38,738 nt of DNA from a virus (IMGVR_UViG_3300034069_001386:1-38738), one strand, 5' to 3'; counted from the first letter of the stretch, positions 6,215 to 11,632 are shown. Notes: generated from the sequence alone by a model not told the origin. A program made the numbers and translations.

Positions 6215-6227
6215 GGTGTCATGACAC
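6215..6227. promoter_or_regulatory. Operator-like palindrome copy 3: GGTGTCATGACAC (12-bp perfect core)
   Basis: Read directly. The central ATG is the start codon of plus-strand gene 6221..6403. Confidence 0.7.
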
Positions 6228-6403
6228 AGGCACAGATCCGCGAGGCCCTCGCTGAGGCGCAGATCGTCCTCGCCGCCATCACCGAACTCGGTGAGCGCAT
6301 CGCCGCAGGCGCCGTCGACGACGGGACCCGCGACGAGCTCGCAACCGACCTCTACTTCGGGGCCGCACGCCTCGCTGCGTTCGCGGGCCAGGTGGCGGCA
6401 TGA
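6221..6403 (+). CDS. Hypothetical helical protein (60 aa), first gene of the ParB operon
   Basis: The ATG lies inside palindrome copy 3. The stop overlaps the ParB ATG (ATGA). Confidence 0.5.
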   Translation: MTQAQIREALAEAQIVLAAITELGERIAAGAVDDGTRDELATDLYFGAARLAAFAGQVAA

Positions 6404-7341
6404 GCACCGCGACCTCGTCCCTAGAGTTCCTCCTCGCCCGTGCCGCGGTCCGCTCCGACGCGGTCATGCACATCGTGTCCCGCCGCGACAGCGGCCTCCT
6501 CAACCCGATCTGCGCCGCGCACCCGATCCGGTCCCAGAAGATCGACGAGTGGGCCACGGTCCCCGCCGACCTCTCCGCACTCTGCTCGGACTGCGCCGCG
6601 ATCGCCGCCGGCATCAAGGGCGTGCCCTCCGTCGAGGTCGGCATCGCCGTGTTCCTCGGCGGCGACACCGACGGCGCACCCGTCTCACTGCTCACCGAGG
6701 TACCGATCACCTCGATCGACCTCGCGCCGGCACACGCACGCCGCACCCCCGGTGACGTCGACGACCTCATCGCATCCGTCACCGAGCGCGGTGTCGTCAC
6801 CCCCGTGCTGCTGCGCCGGGTCGGCGGCCGGTTCGAGGTCATCGACGGCGCCCGCCGCCTCTACGCCGCACACAAGGCCGGCCGCACCACCGTGCCTGCC
6901 ATCGTCCGCGACACCACCGACAGCGACGCGCTCCTCGACGCCCTCACCGCGAACCTGCACCGCACCGACCTGAACCCGATCGACCAGGCCCACGCCTACC
7001 AGCACGCGATCGTCACGCTCGGGCTGCAGTCGAAGGCGGAGCTCGGGCGGCTGCTCGGGATCTCGCGGGAGAAGGTGTCGAACACGATCCGCCTCCTCGA
7101 CCTCCCCGCGGAGGAGCAGGACGCGATCGCGCGTGGCGAGCTCACGGTCGAGGCGGGCCGGAAGCTGCTCGCCGCCCCCAAGGCGCCGGCCGAGGATCTG
7201 CCTGACGTGGCCGGGCTGCTCGCGGAGCTGCTCGCCGCGAAGGTCGCCGTCACTTCCCGCGGGGGCAAGACGCGGATCGTCATCGCCGTCGCAGACGCTG
7301 AGGCGGAGCGGATCCTCGGGCGGCTCAGCGCCGCGGCCTGA
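6400..7341 (+). CDS. parB: ParB/Spo0J-family protein with about 95-aa N-terminal extension; no ParA partner in the genome
   Basis: FEVIDGARRLYAAHKAG (GxxR box), LNPIDQAHAY, HTH KAELGRLLGISREKVSNTIRLL, and a C-terminal TRIVIAVADAEAERILGRL dimerisation-like end. Confidence 0.8.
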   Translation: MSTATSSLEFLLARAAVRSDAVMHIVSRRDSGLLNPICAAHPIRSQKIDEWATVPADLSALCSDCAAIAAGIKGVPSVEVGIAVFLGGDTDGAPVSLLTEVPITSIDLAPAHARRTPGDVDDLIASVTERGVVTPVLLRRVGGRFEVIDGARRLYAAHKAGRTTVPAIVRDTTDSDALLDALTANLHRTDLNPIDQAHAYQHAIVTLGLQSKAELGRLLGISREKVSNTIRLLDLPAEEQDAIARGELTVEAGRKLLAAPKAPAEDLPDVAGLLAELLAAKVAVTSRGGKTRIVIAVADAEAERILGRLSAAA

Positions 7342-7344
7342 GCT

Positions 7345-7373
7345 ACTTAGCGGAACGCACGTGCCACTTAGCG
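7345..7373. repeat. Two direct ACTTAGCG octamers 21 bp apart, flanking the palindrome GCACGTGC
   Basis: Read directly. Lies immediately after the parB stop. Confidence 0.6.
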
Positions 7374-7383
7374 AGCGTCGGTG

Positions 7384-7405
7384 GTTTCAAGTACGTTTCG
7401 AGTAG
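7384..7405. repeat. Tandem 11-bp repeat GTTTCAAGTAC / GTTTCGAGTAG
   Basis: Read directly. Sits in a locally AT-richer non-coding stretch. Confidence 0.6.
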
Positions 7406-7449
7406 GTCCTGGAGCAGCGCCGGCTAGTCGTCGCGAAGAGCGGGGACCA

Positions 7450-7466
7450 GAGACGTTCAGCGTCTC
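7450..7466. terminator. Hairpin GAGACG-ttcag-CGTCTC
   Basis: Read directly. Lies between convergent parB and the DUF4236-like gene. Confidence 0.4.
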
Positions 7467-7471
7467 GACTC

Positions 7472-7509
7472 CTGATGGCCCGGCCGGGAATGCTCAGCCG
7501 GGCCATCAG
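7472..7509. terminator. Hairpin with perfect 13-bp stem (CTGATGGCCCGGC ... GCCGGGCCATCAG, 12-nt loop)
   Basis: Read directly. Lies 14 nt from the stop of minus-strand gene 7523..7822. Confidence 0.65.
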
Positions 7510-7522
7510 TGTGCGAGGACGC

Positions 7523-7822
7523 TCAGGGGCGCTTGCGCTGCCTCATCGAGCGCACTACGCCGGCGATCACCACGCCGACCACGAAGGCCGAGGCGATGAT
7601 GCCGAAGCCCACCGCCGGCAGGAGCAGTGCGAGCAGGGTCCCGGCCACGATCGCGCCGGCAACAATGAACACCTCGACGGGCGCGAGCGGCGGCACGGGC
7701 CGCCTGCGGCTATGACTGTCGGGAGAGTAGGACACGGGTCCGACACGGATACTGCTCCGTAGGCCGCTCCTGCCGACCGAGACCCGGAACGGGCCGAGCC
7801 CGCCTCCGATGCGAAGACCCAT
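7523..7822 (-). CDS. Membrane protein with DUF4236-like N-terminus (99 aa)
   Basis: MGLRIGGGLGPFRVSVGRSGLRSSIRVGPVSYS resembles the DUF4236 pattern. The C-terminus has two hydrophobic helices. Internal start of track ORF 7523..8047. Confidence 0.55.
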   Translation of the reverse strand: MGLRIGGGLGPFRVSVGRSGLRSSIRVGPVSYSPDSHSRRRPVPPLAPVEVFIVAGAIVAGTLLALLLPAVGFGIIASAFVVGVVIAGVVRSMRQRKRP

Positions 7823-7880
7823 CAGCGGACTGACTCGCGGCTGACCATGGCGGCAGCATGCCCTAACTTGTGCGCATTCA

Positions 7881-8696
7881 TCAGGCGACGCTCTCGAAGC
7901 CGGTCGCAGTCGCGTCCGCAACAGCCCGCAACGCGGCCTCGTCGACGTGCAGGTACCGCTGGGTCGTCGCGATGCTCGCGTGCCCGAGGAGCTCCTGCAC
8001 GGCCCGCAGGTCGCGGGTTGCCCGGTAGGCGGCGGTGGCGCCGGCATGACGGAGGCTGTGCGGGTTCCAGCCGGTGCGCGCCTGGATCGTGTGGTGGATC
8101 ACGTCGGCGGACAGGTGACCGCCGTTCCCGTCTGGGAAGTAGTAGTCCCCGGGGTTGACGCGCTCGAGCTCGAGGAGGGCGTCCATCAGCATCGGGTTGA
8201 TCGGCACGCGTCGCTGCTTCTCGCCCTTGCCGAGTACGCGGAGGTGACCGTGGTCGCGGTGCCGACTGTGCAGGGTGGCGATCTCGTTGCGCCGGAGGCA
8301 GCCGAAGCGGGCTAGCAGGATGATCGCCCGGTCGCGGGTGCTGGCGCCCAGCAGTGCGAGCTGGATGTCGGCGTCGACTGCCACACGGGGCACCGTCATC
8401 GTCTTGCGGACGGGCGCGAGCCGGGCAGAGGGGTCGCGGGGGATGTACTCCTCTTCGAATGCCCAGGCGTAGAACAGCCGCAGTGCGGTGCGGATGGATG
8501 CCCGGGTCTCGGCCTTGTGAGTGAGCCGGCGGGCGGCGAGGAAGCCTTCGAGCTCGACGCGACCGACAGCGAGGAGGTCGCTGTGTTCGGCAGCGAACTG
8601 CCGGAGATAGACGAGGCGGAGGCGGACGGTTCCTGCGCTGCGTCCTGCAGCGAGGAGATGGTTCGAGAACTGTTCGAGGAGAACGTCGGTGTTCAT
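7881..8696 (-). CDS. int: Tyrosine integrase (XerC/D-like, 271 aa; a TTG at 8759 is an alternative start)
   Basis: Catalytic pattern: ARFGCLRRNE (R), GKGEKQRRVP (K), HSLRHAGAT (HxxR), LLGHASIATTQRYLH (H..Y). SAM-like N-terminal core-binding domain with no obvious arm-binding domain. Confidence 0.85.
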   Translation of the reverse strand: MNTDVLLEQFSNHLLAAGRSAGTVRLRLVYLRQFAAEHSDLLAVGRVELEGFLAARRLTHKAETRASIRTALRLFYAWAFEEEYIPRDPSARLAPVRKTMTVPRVAVDADIQLALLGASTRDRAIILLARFGCLRRNEIATLHSRHRDHGHLRVLGKGEKQRRVPINPMLMDALLELERVNPGDYYFPDGNGGHLSADVIHHTIQARTGWNPHSLRHAGATAAYRATRDLRAVQELLGHASIATTQRYLHVDEAALRAVADATATGFESVA

Positions 8697-8808
8697 AAGT
8701 GTGGGTAGCCGTTCGACAGGCCCGTGCCGGGTAGCACGGGAGAGATGGACTCGCCGCAACTGACAGCGAGAGGAACATACGTTCGAAACTGGACGCGCAA
8801 ACCGACCT

Positions 8809-8825
8809 CCCTAGGTTTCCCTAGG
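8809..8825. repeat. Two CCCTAGG heptamers 10 bp apart, between the repressor stop and the integrase start
   Basis: Read directly. Confidence 0.5.
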
Positions 8826-8848
8826 CAAGGGTGCTCGCGAGTGCAGAT

Positions 8849-9229
8849 TCAGGCGGCTGCGACACCACTTTCTGCATGTTGCGAGAGTTGTAACCACCGT
8901 GTTACAGGCAGCACTCCGTTGCCCGTCTCCGGGGAGGCGTCCGAGTGCTCGCCACCGTCAGGCCCATAAGGGGTCTGCGGTAGTTCACCTGTTCGAATCC
9001 AGTCGACGTCGACGCCTGTGGCGAGGGCCCAGGCGTTGAGCACAATGGCTCGCATCTTGTCGGCCGGCGTCTTCTCGAGCTCGTAGTTCGTGACGGTGCC
9101 TCGGGAGACACCGATGAGGTCGGCGAAGCGTGCAGCGTCCATCTCGGGGCCCAGCTGGGTGCGGGCGAGGCGCAGGCGCCATCCGATGGTGAACTGCGGG
9201 TAACGCCGATCATGGGTATTGATCGTCAT
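8849..9229 (-). CDS. XRE/cI-type HTH repressor (126 aa from ATG 9229; GTG 9235 alternative) with a disordered C-terminal tail ending VAAA
   Basis: HTH_3 pattern IGWRLRLARTQLGPEMDAARFADLIGVSRGTVTNYE ... VDVDWIRTGE. The last 17 or so codons switch to rare A/T-ending codons. Confidence 0.75.
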   Translation of the reverse strand: MTINTHDRRYPQFTIGWRLRLARTQLGPEMDAARFADLIGVSRGTVTNYELEKTPADKMRAIVLNAWALATGVDVDWIRTGELPQTPYGPDGGEHSDASPETGNGVLPVTRWLQLSQHAESGVAAA

Positions 9230-9241
9230 GTGCACAAGCTA
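9230..9241 (-). promoter_or_regulatory. Putative -10 (TAGCTT) plus 6-nt spacer GTGCAC directly abutting ATG 9229 (leaderless layout)
   Basis: The minus strand reads TAGCTTGTGCACATG. Same 15-nt architecture as at 10630-10644. Confidence 0.45.
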
Positions 9242-9246
9242 GAGCG

Positions 9247-9266
9247 CTTGCGCACTCCTGCGCAAG
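9247..9266. promoter_or_regulatory. 20-bp palindromic operator CTTGCGCA-ctcc-TGCGCAAG (outer arms AGAGCG/CGCTCT extend it to 9241-9276)
   Basis: Read directly. Overlaps a TTGACT (-35-like) on the minus strand upstream of the repressor gene. Confidence 0.6.
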
Positions 9267-9409
9267 TCAACGCTCTGCCGTGACCCCGAGATGCCCGCAG
9301 CAGCACCAGAAGACTTCGTGCAAGGCAGGCACTTCTCGCGGGCGACTGCAAGCGCTGTGGCGCTCAAGCCCACAGTTCCAGCAGCTTCGGTTTCCTCGAC
9401 TTGATGAGT

Positions 9410-9574
9410 TCATCGCTGGTCCGTCGCCCCGAGGAGCAGGGCTCCGATTGCCACATCAAGCGCGAGAGCAGATCGCCGGACCTCAGAGCTAGACGCATGC
9501 TCGACCGCGCGACGGAGAGCCCACTGCATGATGCGGGCCTCCTCCCGAGTGAAGGAAAGACAGATTCTTTCCAT
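9410..9574 (-). CDS. Hypothetical mini-protein (54 aa), low GC3
   Basis: Hand translation gives MERICLSFTREEARIMQWALRRAVEHASSSEVRRSALALDVAIGALLLGATDQR. The ATG shares one base with the upstream TGA (TGATG). Below the track cutoff. Confidence 0.45.
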   Translation of the reverse strand: MERICLSFTREEARIMQWALRRAVEHASSSEVRRSALALDVAIGALLLGATDQR

Positions 9575-9771
9575 CAGACGTCGCACTCCAGACCAGCATC
9601 GGGGTGCAGTCGGAGGGTGACACGGCCGTCTTGATCCGCAGCTCCATCAGTGGTGCCGACGTACTCGAGGCGAACGATGACGTTTCGATCCAGGCGGACG
9701 AGATCGCCCGGTTGCAGTCGCATGCGGTCTCTCCCGAACTCGGCTGTCGACAGGTTGAAGATGTTCCTCAC
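9574..9771 (-). CDS. Hypothetical protein (65 aa), possibly an AbrB/MazE-like beta-barrel
   Basis: LQPGDLVRLDRNVIVRLEYV fits a swapped-hairpin-like pattern. GTGA overlap upstream. Low GC3. Confidence 0.5.
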   Translation of the reverse strand: MRNIFNLSTAEFGRDRMRLQPGDLVRLDRNVIVRLEYVGTTDGAADQDGRVTLRLHPDAGLECDV

Positions 9772-9983
9772 GCGTCACCTCGGGACTGCAGCGCTTCCCA
9801 GATCTTCTCGACGATGCGGTTGGCGCCGACAGGGCGGGGTCCGAACACCCGGCTCATGTGGTCCTCACCAACCAGGACGTCGACGACGCGCCCGAGAGTC
9901 GCCTCGGCTCGCTCCGCTCGAAGCGCCCACTGCACAACGAGCGCCTGCTCCGGGGTGAGGTCGGGCGGAACCGGATGGGTCAT
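9768..9983 (-). CDS. Hypothetical protein (71 aa) sharing an E(E/Q)AxxxQWALR motif with the 54-aa product
   Basis: LTPEQALVVQWALRAERAE compared with FTREEARIMQWALRRAVEH. ATGA overlap with the upstream gene. Confidence 0.5.
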   Translation of the reverse strand: MTHPVPPDLTPEQALVVQWALRAERAEATLGRVVDVLVGEDHMSRVFGPRPVGANRIVEKIWEALQSRGDA

Positions 9984-10555
9984 GCGACGTTTTCCCCGGT
10001 CCCCTCAGTGACTTCTCCGCCACGAGTACTGTCCGCGGCCCCAAGCGCCCCGGCTCTACGTGCTTCGAGCACCCACCGCGACGCAGTTGTGTAGAGCAAG
10101 TCAAAGTGCTGAGCGACGGCTTTCGTTGGAGCGAAACCGTCCCCAACAGCAGCCCGATAGACCTCAGCCACTTCTTGGAGCAGAGCAGGAGTGATGCGTC
10201 GCCAGGGGGAACGCGGGGTTGCCACCTTGGGCGCCTGTGACAGGACTTCCTTGAGCAGACGGCGGACTTCCTGTTCTTGCGCGATGCTGAGCGCTCCGGG
10301 GGCCTGTCGTGGCTCAGGCAGCGGCCCAAGCATGTCCAGTAGGGGCTGACCAAATACGGTCGCAAAGCCGACTGCCTCGTCGAGGTCAATACGCCTTTGC
10401 CGTCCAGAGCCGGCGGACGCTTCGATCTTCGAGATCGCTGCCTGGTCGACTGCATAGCCGGCCGCGATCATCCGTCGAGAGAGCTCGGCCTGAGACCACC
10501 CCAGCCTCACCCGTTCGTCCTTCACTCGGTCCGCGAAATGCTGCGCTGCTGTCAT
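9980..10555 (-). CDS. Second XRE-family HTH regulator (191 aa) with an extra C-terminal HTH-like segment; divergent from the early operon
   Basis: DERVRLGWSQAELSRRMIAAGYAVDQAAISKIE (HTH_3). C-terminal TKAVAQHFDLLYTTASRWVLEARRAG. Start taken at MTAAQHF. Confidence 0.7.
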   Translation of the reverse strand: MTAAQHFADRVKDERVRLGWSQAELSRRMIAAGYAVDQAAISKIEASAGSGRQRRIDLDEAVGFATVFGQPLLDMLGPLPEPRQAPGALSIAQEQEVRRLLKEVLSQAPKVATPRSPWRRITPALLQEVAEVYRAAVGDGFAPTKAVAQHFDLLYTTASRWVLEARRAGALGAADSTRGGEVTEGTGENVA

Positions 10556-10566
10556 GAGCACTATCG

Positions 10567-10595
10567 TTGCGCACCTGCTCAAACTTGTGCAAGTG
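10567..10595. promoter_or_regulatory. Switch-region repeat R1: TTGCGCACCTGCTCaaacTTGTGCAaGTG
   Basis: 29-bp direct repeat of R2, 49 bp away. Contains TTGCGCA/TTGTGCA half-sites and an AAACTT-GTGCAA-GTG module. Confidence 0.6.
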
Positions 10596-10615
10596 GTGCG
10601 TCCCTCTTGCTGGGA

Positions 10616-10644
10616 CTACGCACCTGCTCTACGTTGTGCATGTG
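10616..10644. promoter_or_regulatory. Switch-region repeat R2: CTACGCACCTGCTCtacgTTGTGCAtGTG, includes the -10-like TACGTT and the start codon of the early operon
   Basis: TACGTT (10630-10635), then the 6-nt spacer GTGCAT, then GTG at 10642. This is a leaderless layout. Confidence 0.6.
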
Positions 10645-10827
10645 AGCAATGCTGACCTCGTGACCACCGCCGAGGCGGTACAGATCACCGGTCGAACCAG
10701 GTGGTCGCTGTACCGCCTCGTGAAGCAAGGCCGCCTCCCCGTGGCCATGAAGCTCCCCGCAGCGACCGGTGCCTACATGTTCGACCGGGCCGACGTCGAA
10801 GCTCTCCGCAAGGAGATCGCCGCGTGA
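10642..10827 (+). CDS. Small HTH (MerR/excisionase HTH_17-like) protein, Cro- or Xis-like (61 aa)
   Basis: VTTAEAVQITGRTRWSLYRLVKQGRLP. First gene of the rightward early operon. Confidence 0.65.
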   Translation: MSNADLVTTAEAVQITGRTRWSLYRLVKQGRLPVAMKLPAATGAYMFDRADVEALRKEIAA

Positions 10828-11162
10828 ACGCGCTCCGCAGCTCCGCCGCTCGAGCCCAAGCCCAGCGCATCTGGGACGACCTCGAAATCGACGGCGGCGT
10901 CTACTTCATCCGGTTCGGCAGCGACGGCCCCATCAAGATCGGCTACGCCACCGACACGGTCAGCCGGCTTCACTCGCTCCAGACCGGATCGCCCGTGCAG
11001 CTGCACCTCATCGGTCACGTAGTCGGGACGATCAAGGACGAACGCAAGCTGCACGCCCGCTTCGCCCACCTCCGCATTCGTGGCGAGTGGTTCGAGCCCG
11101 CCGCCGACCTACTCGCTCACATCGACGAGGTGCTGCGCGCTCCAGTCAGAGTCGCGTCATGA
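10824..11162 (+). CDS. T5orf172/MUG113 (GIY-YIG-like) domain protein (112 aa)
   Basis: VYFIRFGSDGPIKIGYATD ... RLHSLQTGSP ... ERKLHARFAHLRIRGEWFE. GTGA overlap upstream. Confidence 0.6.
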   Translation: MNALRSSAARAQAQRIWDDLEIDGGVYFIRFGSDGPIKIGYATDTVSRLHSLQTGSPVQLHLIGHVVGTIKDERKLHARFAHLRIRGEWFEPAADLLAHIDEVLRAPVRVAS

Positions 11163-11341
11163 GCGCCTACTTCTGCCCGACCTGCGGCACCTACCACGGC
11201 GTTCCCGTTGTCGCTCACCTCTCCCCAGGAGAGCTGGTTCTTCCCATGCCGATTGTCGGGCGATCCATCACCCCAGGCGAACTCGCGGCCGCCGTGAACG
11301 AGATCGCCCGCCGCAACGCCAGCGGCGACATCCACTACTGA
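11159..11341 (+). CDS. Hypothetical protein (60 aa) with CPTCG motif
   Basis: ATGA overlap upstream. MSAYFCPTCGTYHG... Confidence 0.5.
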   Translation: MSAYFCPTCGTYHGVPVVAHLSPGELVLPMPIVGRSITPGELAAAVNEIARRNASGDIHY

Positions 11342-11367
11342 CCACCGCACCACCGCGGGAAAGGAAA

Positions 11368-11394
11368 GGGCCCGGCGCTGTGAACGCCGGGCCC
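11368..11394 (+). terminator. Hairpin with perfect 10-bp GC stem (GGGCCCGGCG-ctgtgaa-CGCCGGGCCC) inside the early operon
   Basis: Read directly, in the 75-bp gap after the third early gene. No U-tract. Confidence 0.45.
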
Positions 11395-11416
11395 ACTACG
11401 GAAGGAAGCCACCCGA

Positions 11417-11632
11417 ATGGCCCTCACGAGTCAGATCAAGTCTCCCGCAACCGGGAGCATCAGCACCACCCCGAACACGCCCGACCGTGCCCCGTACCTC
11501 GCCGAACTCGCGGCCTGGTTCTGGAACGACTTCGAGGTCCCCGTCACCGGGAAGCACCTCGTCGCCATCATCGGCGCGATCACGGCCGGCATCGGTCTCG
11601 TCGCCGGCGTCATCGCAGCAGGTGTTCTGTGA
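11417..11632 (+). CDS. Membrane protein (71 aa, C-terminal TM)
   Basis: GGAAGG SD. HLVAIIGAITAGIGLVAGVIAAGVL. Confidence 0.55.
   Translation: MALTSQIKSPATGSISTTPNTPDRAPYLAELAAWFWNDFEVPVTGKHLVAIIGAITAGIGLVAGVIAAGVL

Noticed and set aside
7357-7364. GCACGTGC and other CACGTG cores (for example 5732, 16863, 26168) as canonical parS sites for the ParB-like protein
   Set aside because: Only the 6-bp core matches the TGTTNCACGTGAAACA consensus and the flanks do not. CACGTG is frequent in this GC-rich genome.
8724-8969. Plus-strand ORF 8724..8969 (81 aa) spanning the repressor-integrase gap
   Set aside because: It is antisense to the repressor tail, has no SD or promoter context, and has poor composition. 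The region is better explained as regulatory or att DNA.
8991-9000. GTTCGAATCC, a tRNA T-loop-like decamer that could mark an attP core derived from a tRNA gene
   Set aside because: The flanks do not form a T-stem or acceptor stem on either strand. The bases encode the conserved WIRTGE end of the XRE HTH domain, so coding constraint explains them.
10567-10641. TTG-initiated N-terminal extension of the Cro/Xis-like gene (track ORF 10567..10827)
   Set aside because: It would translate straight through the operator repeats and start 12 bp from the divergent gene. The GTG at 10642, with a -10-like hexamer 6 nt upstream, is the more coherent start.
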